Source of the DNA: Deltaproteobacteria bacterium
Lineage (GTDB): Bacteria > Myxococcota_A > Polyangia > Fen-1088
NCBI GenBank assembly: GCA_033763315.1
Contig: JANRKS010000005.1
Location: 192,001 to 256,000 of the forward strand
Direction of reading: 5' to 3'
DNA length: 64,000 nt
Position 1 is the first letter of the stretch; the number at the start of each line of letters is the position of its first letter. The position numbers were made by a program, and so were the translations under genes. Shown here one piece after another: positions 36,101-44,756 of the stretch. The notes under the pieces were generated by a model, which was not told the origin of the DNA, did no database searches, and saw only the letters and a list, made by a program, of their open reading frames with translations.

Positions 36101-38787
36101 ACAACGACTGCGACCTGCTCGTTGACGAGGACAATATCTGCATCAAAGAGACCGCAGGTGTGTTCTTCAAGTGCGCTGTGCCTACGGCCACAGACGATCC
36201 CACGAAGTTCGCCAACTGTGGCGTGCTGGCCAATGAAGGCTTTCAGTTGCGCGACGACGGCGCGATCGTTTTGCTTTCCGCGCCCAAGGGTGCGATGTAC
36301 TTCGATCCAAAGGCGGCCGCTTACTGCTGGTACAACCAAGGCACGTGGCGGCTGCGCGACTCTAAGTCGATGCTCGTGAATTTGCCCGATAGCCAAGGGC
36401 AAACGTCGAACGATGTCGTGGACATCCTGTCGCGCAGCGTTGACCGAATGACGATCGGCTTTGCGAATCCAGGGCCGAATATGGCCAAGATCCAGGACAA
36501 CCGCCGCATCGCCGAAAAGACCACAGGCAAGTGCGATTTTGATCCGCGTTGCTCTTCACGGCCAGAGGTGTGTAACGGCGTTGACGACGATTGCGATGGC
36601 AAGGTCGATGAGGATCTTTCATGCCCCGCTACGTGTGACAAAGATGGCAGAGACAACAACAACAACGGCAAGGTTGACGAGCCAGGCGAGCCTTGTGCAC
36701 CCGCTTGCGACATGGACAAGGTTGACAACAACGGCAACGGGGTTGTCGATGAGGCGGGTGAGCAGTGCTCTGCCCCACCTGTGGCGTGTGACAAAGATGG
36801 CAAGGACAACAATCTGGACGGCAAGGTCGACGAGGCCGGTGAGCCGTGTTCCCCGCCATGCGACAAGGATCGCATCGACAACAACGGCAATGGCGTGGTG
36901 GATGAGTCTGGTGAGGTGTGTGGCCCTGCCGCGGCTTGTGACAAAGATGGCAGGGACAACAACAACAACGGCAAGGTTGATGAACCAGGTGAGCCTTGTG
37001 CACCGGCTTGCGACATGGACAAGGTTGACAACAATGGCAACGGCGTTGTGGACGAAACGGGCGAGGCCTGTGGCCCAGCGGTGGGTTGTGACAAGGACGG
37101 CCGCGACAACAATGGCGACGGCAAGATCGATGAGCCCGGCGAGCTATGCGGCGGAACGTCTGTGGAGTGCGACCGAGACGGGCGTGACAACAACAATGAC
37201 GGCCGCATTGATGAACTGGGCGAGCCCTGCGCGCCGCCGTGCGACGCTGACAAAATCGACAACAACGGCAACGGCATGGTGGATGAGGCGGGCGAAATGT
37301 GCGGCCCCGTTACAGCCTGCGACAAAGACGGACGCGACAACAACAACAACGGCAAGGTTGACGAGCCAGGCGAGCCTTGCGCACCCGCATGCGACATGGA
37401 TCGCATAGACAACAATGGCAACGGCACTGTGGACGAAGCGGCCGAGCCATGTGGTCCCGCGGTTTCGTGTGACAAGGACGGCAAAGACAACAACGGCAAC
37501 GGCATGGTGGATGAAGCTGGCGAAGCTTGTGGTCCCGCTGTCGCGTGCGAAAAGGACGGCCGCGATAACAACAACGACGGACGAGTTGATGAAGCCGGTG
37601 AGCCGTGTGCACCACCATGCGACGCTGACAAGATCGACAACAACGGCAACGGCATGGTCGATGAAGCCGGCGAGGCTTGTGGCCCACCTGTTTCGTGTGA
37701 CAAGGACGGCAAAGACAACAACGGCAACGGCATGGTGGATGAAGCCGGCGAAGCTTGTGGTCCCGCTGTCTCATGCGAAAAGGACGGCCGCGATAACAAC
37801 AACGACGGTCGAGTTGATGAAGCCGGTGAGCCGTGTGCACCACCATGCGATGCTGACAAGATCGACAACAACAGCGACGGTCGAGTTGATGAAGCCGGCG
37901 AGGCTTGTGGCCCGGCCGTGTCGTGCGACAAGGACGGCCGCGACAACAACGGCAACGGGATGGTGGATGAAGCCGGCGAAGCTTGTGGCCCACCTGTGTC
38001 GTGCGACAAAGATGGTAAAGACAACAACGGCAACGGCATGGTCGATGAAGCTGGCGAGCCGTGTTCTGGCCCTGTGAGCTGCGACGCTGACAAGATCGAC
38101 AACAACGGCAACGGCATGGTCGATGAAATCGGCGAGGCCTGTGGTCCGGCCGTGTCGTGTGACAAGGACGGCAAAGACAACAACGGCAACGGCATGGTTG
38201 ATGAGCCAGGCGAGCCGTGTGTTGGCCCACCTGTGTCGTGTGACAAGGACGGCAAAGACAACAACGGCAACGGCATGGTGGATGAAGCCGGCGAGCCCTG
38301 TTCTGGCCCTGTCACGTGCGAGGCGGATCGCATCGACAACAACGGCAACGGGATGGTGGACGAACCGGGTGAGCCATGCAATGCGCCCCAATACTGTGAC
38401 AAAGATGGCAAGGACAACAACGGCAACGGCATGGTCGATGAAGCCGGTGAAGCTTGTGGTCCGGCCGTATCGTGCGACAAGGACGACAAAGACAACAACG
38501 GCAACGGCATGGTGGATGAGCCAGGCGAGCCGTGTGTTGGTCCACCCGTGTCGTGCGACAAAGATGGTAAAGACAACAACAACAACGGCATGGTCGATGA
38601 AGCCGGCGAGCCATGCAATGCGCCCCAATACTGCGACAAGGACGGCATCGACAACAACGGCAACGGGATGGTGGACGAACCTGGCGAGCCATGCAATTCG
38701 CCTCAATACTGCGACAAGGACGGCAAAGACAACAACGGCAACGGCACGGTCGATGAAGCCGGAGAGCTTTGCGGTCCCATCAGCTAA
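33160..38787 (+). CDS. Giant surface lipoprotein: ZU5-like, Ig/PKD-like, MopE-like and 28 Cys/Asp-Asn repeats
   Basis: LAAC lipobox; VPAGA..FGPSG..HFS ZU5-like; DPEG..LTF.W Ig-like; EICDxxDNDCD repeats; C-terminal tandem array. Confidence 0.85.
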   Translation: MRNGLQRRSGVCGQTKWLALLPCAAVLAACGGGGGTVSVDGGGTVLPPGVDANEMAPSPDEDANTVSGMDADDRESGGVVSAQRRPQMLSVPPSFVLTTEEYSYTPKHSYVGDTQWNVVSAPQGVAVRERRVVADPGTLPAGDHMIVIEANVNDTVVRQSFPLTVAEPVQRAARLVTSDEPAQVSVQSEVSRVRRSAVSVPAGAVENDTIVSINEVSRVPARAAFSAGGPVVDFGPSGTVFRKRATVTLPLDSTTMDPNKVGAFTYNTKAGRWEPVEVLAIDKPNKLVIAKASHFSMYMAAESAFALESSLGLMPNPPRCEGNVSAQSVLKATDSDVPAASVNNLSDEMKALLPASVDADMDGVPEKQASVRDLLLSGKFRGTLRFVYVTSLFEGEEAQRVEVGQQALAASLFVGDDGKALVTLTDAVGNVLESKTFADVANNLAAMWPRLTGASLHAIFADAPKTGLSLGARVHMIYYPDNRTSEAFGVADLGQSLVETSPGVSVDPMARANDYDIDCDHLVGQFDGDDSRFSPVVSATPEDVTSMFVGETVRLSATVLNVSSTPEAQWDAGGGTLTPAADDPDARQFTASQPGRYSIVFKAKSGTTALSHTFVVDVSALPITNTPPQCSPLASADTGVVGEVVALKALVQDKESPADALTVEWGLLDPGADPLSTVDDKLVATGLVEGEGIVGTLSLKNEGTFTVACRAFDGKVWGAPGTTRVAAVAKGVNQAPTDVFLSPSVADLLVGQTVQLALRASDPEGKPLTFVWKATLGTTGEDVPLLGEPFAIVGGSAVVFTGSQAGVFEVRADVSDGEFKGETQVAKILVREKAPSKVDMDQDGFSAGTGPGEDCNDADAKINPGAFDICGNDVDENCDGVVSKDDCDRDGWKVCAAGASEGCDCNDGNAQVSPAARELCDGKDNNCDGKVDENFGVGLACTVGLGACQNSGKMQCAPDGQRALCAGAPLAAKPEICDDVDNDCDLLVDEDNICIKETAGVFFKCAVPTATDDPTKFANCGVLANEGFQLRDDGAIVLLSAPKGAMYFDPKAAAYCWYNQGTWRLRDSKSMLVNLPDSQGQTSNDVVDILSRSVDRMTIGFANPGPNMAKIQDNRRIAEKTTGKCDFDPRCSSRPEVCNGVDDDCDGKVDEDLSCPATCDKDGRDNNNNGKVDEPGEPCAPACDMDKVDNNGNGVVDEAGEQCSAPPVACDKDGKDNNLDGKVDEAGEPCSPPCDKDRIDNNGNGVVDESGEVCGPAAACDKDGRDNNNNGKVDEPGEPCAPACDMDKVDNNGNGVVDETGEACGPAVGCDKDGRDNNGDGKIDEPGELCGGTSVECDRDGRDNNNDGRIDELGEPCAPPCDADKIDNNGNGMVDEAGEMCGPVTACDKDGRDNNNNGKVDEPGEPCAPACDMDRIDNNGNGTVDEAAEPCGPAVSCDKDGKDNNGNGMVDEAGEACGPAVACEKDGRDNNNDGRVDEAGEPCAPPCDADKIDNNGNGMVDEAGEACGPPVSCDKDGKDNNGNGMVDEAGEACGPAVSCEKDGRDNNNDGRVDEAGEPCAPPCDADKIDNNSDGRVDEAGEACGPAVSCDKDGRDNNGNGMVDEAGEACGPPVSCDKDGKDNNGNGMVDEAGEPCSGPVSCDADKIDNNGNGMVDEIGEACGPAVSCDKDGKDNNGNGMVDEPGEPCVGPPVSCDKDGKDNNGNGMVDEAGEPCSGPVTCEADRIDNNGNGMVDEPGEPCNAPQYCDKDGKDNNGNGMVDEAGEACGPAVSCDKDDKDNNGNGMVDEPGEPCVGPPVSCDKDGKDNNNNGMVDEAGEPCNAPQYCDKDGIDNNGNGMVDEPGEPCNSPQYCDKDGKDNNGNGTVDEAGELCGPIS
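36634..38775 (+). repeat. Intragenic tandem array of 28 units of about 72-81 bp (CDKDGKDNNGNGMVDEAGEPC)
   Basis: Counted in the translation; visible at DNA level (gacaacaacggcaacggcatggt.gatga). Confidence 0.95.
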
Positions 38788-38879
38788 GATGATGTGAAAC
38801 AGGCAGCGACCACGCACGGCCCGTGCGTTTTAGATCGGCCGTTTACCAACCGGGCGACGCGCGATAAGGTGCGGCAGCG

Positions 38880-39452
38880 ATGCGGCACCTTCGTGCGTGT
38901 TTTGGATTGCGTCATCTGCGCGTTTTGGCGTTCGGGTGTCTCGTGCGTTCATTGGCCTCACCAGCACACGCGGCTGACGCCCCTCCTGCTGCCGCGGGTT
39001 CCGAAGCGCTTGGCGGATCGGAAGCCGCGCGTGAGCTGTGGGCGGCGCAGACCGAGTTCGAGCGCCAACGGAAGAGCCCCGCGCTTGGGTTTGCGCTTGA
39101 GCTTGCGTTGCCGTCGCTGGGCAACTTCTACGCGCGTGAACCGGAAGAAGGCACGTTGACGTTGACGGGCCTATTGATTGGCGGCTTCTTCTTGGCTGAT
39201 GGTTACGGCTTGGTGTGCGAAACGTTTAAGCACGACGACTCTGGCTGCAAACGCAAAACGTTCAGTCTGGTGCAAGGCTGGATCTTCGTGGTGGGCAGCC
39301 GTCTGTATGGCCTGACCAGCGCGCCCATGAATGTTGCGCGCTTCAATCGCGCTTTGCGTGCGCGCCTGGGCGTCGATGCCGCCTGGTCAATGAATGTGGT
39401 GCCATGGTTGGGCCCGCGGAACGCGGGCCTCGCGTTGGCGCTACGGTTCTGA
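38880..39452 (+). CDS. Hypothetical exported membrane protein
   Basis: Signal peptide (AHA-A), RKSP.LGF.L..LP.LG.FY motif, hydrophobic segments, terminal LRF. Confidence 0.65.
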   Translation: MRHLRACFGLRHLRVLAFGCLVRSLASPAHAADAPPAAAGSEALGGSEAARELWAAQTEFERQRKSPALGFALELALPSLGNFYAREPEEGTLTLTGLLIGGFFLADGYGLVCETFKHDDSGCKRKTFSLVQGWIFVVGSRLYGLTSAPMNVARFNRALRARLGVDAAWSMNVVPWLGPRNAGLALALRF

Positions 39453-39485
39453 GCTGGAGCTGGGGGGCCCTAACGGGCTGAGTGG

Positions 39486-42400
39486 CTACCGCACGTCGTC
39501 TGGCTGGCGTAACGCAGCGAGCAGCTGCTCGATCTTCTGCTCCAACGCACGACGATCTTCTAGGCTGCGAGCCGCCGCGCGCACAAGCGGGATCAGCGTG
39601 CGTTCAACGATCGCCACTTGCTGCCCCAACGCTTCTTCAACGCCGCGAGGCGCCTCGGTTTGCACGGTGAGATTCACGGGGCGCTTCTCCATCGCATGCA
39701 AGATGGCGTCGAGGCGGCCCAGGTGATCGGCCAGCCAATGCGGCAACCCATCGCCATCTTTCTTTTCCGTGGCGGTGGTTGTGGCACGCGGCTTTTCAAG
39801 CGCGCTGCGAATGCCTTGCAGTTGGCCGCCCAGATCTGAAAGTTGCCCCGTGACCCGGGTGACGGGATCGTCTTCGGCTCCACCCAGTTTTTTCACGCGA
39901 ACAAATTCGTGCTTGATGTCGTTCCACCGCTTGGCTTGCGTGGGCGATAGGGTGCCGCGCAACTCCGCCAGCTTTAGCAAATTGGTTTCCGCGCCCGTGG
40001 TCAACGTTTGTGCCTCACCCACGTAGTGATCCTCAATCAGCCGATCCAGCTCCTCGGGCGTCATCGCGCCCACAACCTTCTCGGCAAGCTTGCTCATGTT
40101 GCGGTAACTGCCTTGCAGCTTGAACGGAGGCTCCGTGCGGAACTTATCGTCGGTGGAAGCAGACGCGATGTATTGCTGGTTCACCCGCAGCAGGGTTTTC
40201 TGCACCACCATCAGGCGCTCAAGCACGGCCTTGATGTCCGCAAGTTCCACCGCCGCATAACCGTGGCTTAGATCCGTGGTGGCGAGCACCTCGCCTTGCG
40301 CCATGCGGATCAATTTATAAATGTCGGCTTGGTCGCGCGTGGCAAGCGGCGCCAAAACGGGGTTTGATGTGATTGCGTTTTCAATGTAGCTCAGTGCAAA
40401 AACATCGTCTTTGCCCGAGAGAATGTCACCCAGATTGTAGGTGTCGGCACGGTTCGCGAGCATGTCGGGAATTTGGAAGCGATCTCCCGATTCGGTGTAG
40501 GGGTTGCCCGCCATCACCACGCAAAAACGTTTGCCGCGCATATCATACGTGCGCGTGCGGCCCTTCCACACGCCTTCGATGCGGCGTTGAGCGTCGCACA
40601 GCGAAATGAACTTTTGCAGTAGCTCCGGGTGCGTGTGCTGGATGTCGTCGAGATAAAGCATCACGTTGTTGCCCATCTCCAACGCCAAGTTGATCTTCTC
40701 CACCTCTTGGCGCGCGGTGGCGTTCGGCGCTTCTTCGGGATCGAGCGATCGCACCTCGTGCCCAAGCGAAGGGCCATTGACCTTCATGAACACCAGACCC
40801 AGGCGGCTGGCCACATACTCCATCAACGTGGTTTTGCCGTATCCCGGTGGGGAGATCACCAGCAGCAAACCCATCAGATCGGTGCGCTTCTTTTCGCCGG
40901 CGGCACCCATCTGTTTGGCGAGGTTGTCGCCCACGAGCGGCAAATAGACTTCGTTGACCAAGCGGTTGCGCACGAAAGACGTCAACACGCGCGGTTTGAA
41001 CTCGTCTAGCCGCAACCGCGTACGCTCGCGTGCAAGCAAGGCCTGCCTTTGTTGCTTGTAATCGGCAAAGCCCGGCACGCGCTCGCTCACAAACCGTTGC
41101 AGCCGTGGCAAGAATTCATCAAGGCGCAGGCGTAAGGTGCCGTTCTCGATGCGCGGGTGGTTGCCCAACAAACCCGTGACTTCCGTCATCGTCCGCGCTG
41201 TCGAGGTGCCGCGGTCGAGCGTGCGTTCGGTGAGCAAGAGCGCCGCGACCTCTGGTGCAAAATGGGTTGCGTGGGCGTCTTGGTCGCCGGGGTTGGGGCG
41301 CGCCACGAACGCATCGATCCACGCGCGTGCCACGGCCAAGCGCGCCGCCAAATCGTCTTGCAGTGAGCGAAGGTCTTCTTCGAAGGCCAAACGTTGACCG
41401 CTGCGATCCAAATGCGCGGCGAAAGCCTCGCGAATGCTAAACGCCTCATGACTGCACACGAACCGAGGTTGCGTGGCCGCCAACTCTTCGATGAGGTACC
41501 TCGCTGCTGCAGGTGCCACGTCGGTCGCGCCGCGATCAGGCAGTTTCGCGGCGAAGGTGGCCACGGCGGTTTGCAGCTCTTGCGCCAGCTCCTCGTGCGC
41601 GCGCGTGGGACCCAACAGCGCGCGCAACCGTGCCAGGCTTCCGGCCTGCCGGTGCCACTTGTCGAGCGCCGAGGCTTCCACGCCTTCGGCCCAAAACAAC
41701 GTGGCCAACGCCCGCGCCTGCGGCGAAAACCGCAGCAACCCGGCCGCTTGTCGCAGATCCAGCAGCTTTTCGAGAATCGCCGTGGCATCCGCATCGTGCA
41801 CGCCGCGTTCGTAGCCCTCGTCGTAACGTGAGGCCGCCGCTTTGCGCACGTGCTCTTGCAGCCCGCCTGGCGACAACCGCGCCTCTTGCAGCGCTGCAAC
41901 AGACAGATTGCCTTGCCCCGCTTCCGCCGCAAACAGCATACTCGCCGCCAGGTATTCGCCGCGGTAGACATCGCTGGTCTCCGAAGCCAACGTTTGGCTC
42001 CAGTAGGGGCGCGTGGCGGCGAACGCCGTGTCCGTCACCGCTTCACGATAGTCAGTCCCGGTGACGGCAAGGGCCATCGCTTCACCTTCAGCCTGCGGCA
42101 CCAGCGTCAGGTCCAGCGGCTGCGTGTTGACCGTGAACTTGTGTTTGCCTAGACGAATGACATTGTCGCCGTCTTCGTAAAGATCCAGCTTGTCCTTCAG
42201 GCCACGCAGCGCTTCTTGTTGGGCGCTTTTGACCTTCGAGCCGAGTTCGTCGGCGCGCGTGCCTTCGCCCAGCTCAACCAGGCGCACAGCGAGCTCGCGC
42301 ACCTTCAAGATCATCGGGTCCGCGGCGAAGTAACCGTTCAATTCGTCCACGCTCTTGAGCGTTTGTGCGCGCCGACCCACGCCCTGCAAGATGCGTTCGG

Positions 42401-44744
42401 CGGCGGACATCAAATTCGCCGCGCGCCGTTGCCGCTCGTCGAGGAGACGCTGCTTTTTTTGGTTTAGCGCTTCGTAAACCTCTTCGCGCTTTCCCGCGAG
42501 CACCGTCAGGTATTCGTCGAATTCAGAGAAGCGCGACTCCAGCTCCTCCATCTGCACCATCAAACGCGAAAGCTGCTCGTCACACGCTTGCGGTGTTTCG
42601 GCCATGCCCACCGCGCTGCTCACGCTCTGTCCGAACAGTTTGAATTGCGCCGCGAACTCAGCCTCGCCTTCGCCTTTGAGCAAGGTTTTGCGACGCGCTT
42701 CCACCGTGGCGCGCAGACGCCCCCACTGCCCAAAGGCTTCCGAGATGCGCTCTAAAATATTGGTGCGCACGGTGGGATCCTCCACCTTCAACCCACCCAC
42801 CACTTCTGAAAGCACGTTGAGGCCGGCGTTGAGGGCCTCCGCTTTTTCGGCCAGTGGCGCCAACGCGCGCGTCTTTTCGACGCTGGCCACCTGATCCACA
42901 AGCTGATTGATCTCCGCCAACACAGGCGTGAACGCATCGTCTTTCAGCAGGAATCCAACGGCGGCGCCGCTGACACGTTCGAACGCTTGCACGCTGGCGG
43001 CTTCAAGCGCTTCCACCCCCTGCACCTGTATATACCGCACCTCTTTGAGGCCGATCAGGTGACCACGTTGGGCGCGTAACTTTCCAAGCGCCTCCATAAA
43101 CGGGGCCACGGTGGTCCAGGTATCGGGCCGCAACGTTTTGAACAGCGCTTCTTGTTGCTCCTGCGCTTCGCTGAATTGTTTCTGCGCCTGCGCCTGCAGC
43201 GCCTGCACCTTCTCGAATTCATCCACCACCAGCTCGGCGGTGTGGCGAATGGCCTGCAGCGGCGCCAGCAAGTGGCTGCCATCGCTGAGCAGCTGGGCGT
43301 CGCCCAACCAGTGGTGCAGATCCATCGTTCGCCCCACGTGCGCGATGAGATCTTCATAGATGCGGCGGGTGGGCTGCGTGTCCTGCACCAAGCGGCGCAC
43401 CGTCAAGGCATCGGAAATGCCGCGCACCAAAGCGGCGTTGCCGATCTTGCCCAACGGCCCCGTGACTTTCGGGGCGCGCGCTGCGGCTTCATCGGAAAGA
43501 AACGGCGTGGTCCACACTTGCATCGGATGCACGCGCGTGGGCTCTTGCGATTCCGCGCGGAACACCATCATGCGGCCGTCTTCGAACAAGCTGTAACCGT
43601 GGCACCGAATGGGCGTCGATACGCGTTTTTCGATCAGGTTGTAGACCAGCAGGATGTAAAGCCCATCGTGCCGCCGGTGAAACACATAAAGCACGTCTTC
43701 GCCATTCGGCGCGCGCACGCTGCGCTCGAACTCAAGATCGGAAAAATCGCCCTCAAAGACCTTGTGTTGGCCGTCTTGCAGGTAATAGCCGCCCGGAAAG
43801 ATCACGCCGTGATCTTCAGGCAGTTCGACGCACGAATGCCCGATGGCGTCGATGCGCACCACTTTTTGCGATCGCGTGGCAAACACCAAATAGCGAAACG
43901 CCTTTTCATTAAACGGCAGGACCTTCAGCAGCACCAACGTGCCGACTTTTGCGTAGAAGATGTCGGCGTCGTCCAACGCTTGGCGTGGATCGTCCACCGG
44001 CTCGCTGTAAATGCCTTCGCCGTCTTCGGTGTTGTTTTCCACCTTCACGGTTAACGTGCCGCTCACGGTCTCCACGAACAGCGTGTTCAGAATGTTCGCG
44101 TGCGGGTGCGTGCCACTGACGTGTTGATCGCGCGTCACCTCCACCCATTCGAAGGTGTGTTGGGGCGGAAAAACAAAATCACGCTCACCCCGGTTGTCGA
44201 TGTAGGAAGGCACGCCATCACGGCCCACGCCCCAGCGAAACACGCGCAGATCCGTGGCGTTGGGCCCCATGCGGAACACGGCCAAGAGCTTGGTGTCGGT
44301 GCGCGATAACTTCGTGAGCCGCGCGTGCTTGTAATACTTATAAAGTTCGGCAAAGTCGCTTGCGAACCGCGGCTCGCGAATCAGCGCGGCGCTGGCGTCG
44401 TTGCTGGCCACAGGCACCAGATCCAGCTCGCCTTCCACGGGCTCGAAGCGATGCACGCTGAACACGTCGGCCACGGTGGTTTCGGTCTTGAGGCCCAAAA
44501 ACACGTTGTAGCCAAACAGCAAATCGTTGCCCACCGTTACGATGTCGGCGGGCACACAGTTGTTTTCGGTGCGCGCGCGGTGGGTGGAAGCCAGCACCAA
44601 TTCAGTGCTGCCAAAAGCCTGCTTACGCGCTTGATTCAACGCCTCGGCGATGCGGCCAAGCGTGCCCGCCTGTTCCACCAAGCGGGCGCGGATCACCTCA
44701 TAGCCATCGCCGATGGCGGCGGGCGGTTGTTCTGATGCGGCCAT
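39486..44744 (-). CDS. Large AAA+ 'DNA repair ATPase' (DUF3686-type), flotillin-associated
   Basis: 1752 aa; N-terminal YEVIRARL...RTENNC; coiled coils; Walker A SPPGYGKT, Walker B LYLDD, MAGNPY, LANRAD. Confidence 0.85.
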   Translation of the reverse strand: MAASEQPPAAIGDGYEVIRARLVEQAGTLGRIAEALNQARKQAFGSTELVLASTHRARTENNCVPADIVTVGNDLLFGYNVFLGLKTETTVADVFSVHRFEPVEGELDLVPVASNDASAALIREPRFASDFAELYKYYKHARLTKLSRTDTKLLAVFRMGPNATDLRVFRWGVGRDGVPSYIDNRGERDFVFPPQHTFEWVEVTRDQHVSGTHPHANILNTLFVETVSGTLTVKVENNTEDGEGIYSEPVDDPRQALDDADIFYAKVGTLVLLKVLPFNEKAFRYLVFATRSQKVVRIDAIGHSCVELPEDHGVIFPGGYYLQDGQHKVFEGDFSDLEFERSVRAPNGEDVLYVFHRRHDGLYILLVYNLIEKRVSTPIRCHGYSLFEDGRMMVFRAESQEPTRVHPMQVWTTPFLSDEAAARAPKVTGPLGKIGNAALVRGISDALTVRRLVQDTQPTRRIYEDLIAHVGRTMDLHHWLGDAQLLSDGSHLLAPLQAIRHTAELVVDEFEKVQALQAQAQKQFSEAQEQQEALFKTLRPDTWTTVAPFMEALGKLRAQRGHLIGLKEVRYIQVQGVEALEAASVQAFERVSGAAVGFLLKDDAFTPVLAEINQLVDQVASVEKTRALAPLAEKAEALNAGLNVLSEVVGGLKVEDPTVRTNILERISEAFGQWGRLRATVEARRKTLLKGEGEAEFAAQFKLFGQSVSSAVGMAETPQACDEQLSRLMVQMEELESRFSEFDEYLTVLAGKREEVYEALNQKKQRLLDERQRRAANLMSAAERILQGVGRRAQTLKSVDELNGYFAADPMILKVRELAVRLVELGEGTRADELGSKVKSAQQEALRGLKDKLDLYEDGDNVIRLGKHKFTVNTQPLDLTLVPQAEGEAMALAVTGTDYREAVTDTAFAATRPYWSQTLASETSDVYRGEYLAASMLFAAEAGQGNLSVAALQEARLSPGGLQEHVRKAAASRYDEGYERGVHDADATAILEKLLDLRQAAGLLRFSPQARALATLFWAEGVEASALDKWHRQAGSLARLRALLGPTRAHEELAQELQTAVATFAAKLPDRGATDVAPAAARYLIEELAATQPRFVCSHEAFSIREAFAAHLDRSGQRLAFEEDLRSLQDDLAARLAVARAWIDAFVARPNPGDQDAHATHFAPEVAALLLTERTLDRGTSTARTMTEVTGLLGNHPRIENGTLRLRLDEFLPRLQRFVSERVPGFADYKQQRQALLARERTRLRLDEFKPRVLTSFVRNRLVNEVYLPLVGDNLAKQMGAAGEKKRTDLMGLLLVISPPGYGKTTLMEYVASRLGLVFMKVNGPSLGHEVRSLDPEEAPNATARQEVEKINLALEMGNNVMLYLDDIQHTHPELLQKFISLCDAQRRIEGVWKGRTRTYDMRGKRFCVVMAGNPYTESGDRFQIPDMLANRADTYNLGDILSGKDDVFALSYIENAITSNPVLAPLATRDQADIYKLIRMAQGEVLATTDLSHGYAAVELADIKAVLERLMVVQKTLLRVNQQYIASASTDDKFRTEPPFKLQGSYRNMSKLAEKVVGAMTPEELDRLIEDHYVGEAQTLTTGAETNLLKLAELRGTLSPTQAKRWNDIKHEFVRVKKLGGAEDDPVTRVTGQLSDLGGQLQGIRSALEKPRATTTATEKKDGDGLPHWLADHLGRLDAILHAMEKRPVNLTVQTEAPRGVEEALGQQVAIVERTLIPLVRAAARSLEDRRALEQKIEQLLAALRQPDDVR

Positions 44745-44756
44745 GGGCAGCCGGCC

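Noticed and set aside
36634-38787. Regular ~75-bp periodic repeats as a CRISPR array
   Set aside because: In-frame coding repeats with synonymous variation, no unique spacers and no cas genes.
36321-38817. Long antisense and alternate-frame ORFs (791 aa, 348 aa, 306 aa)
   Set aside because: Shadows of the repetitive lipoprotein gene.
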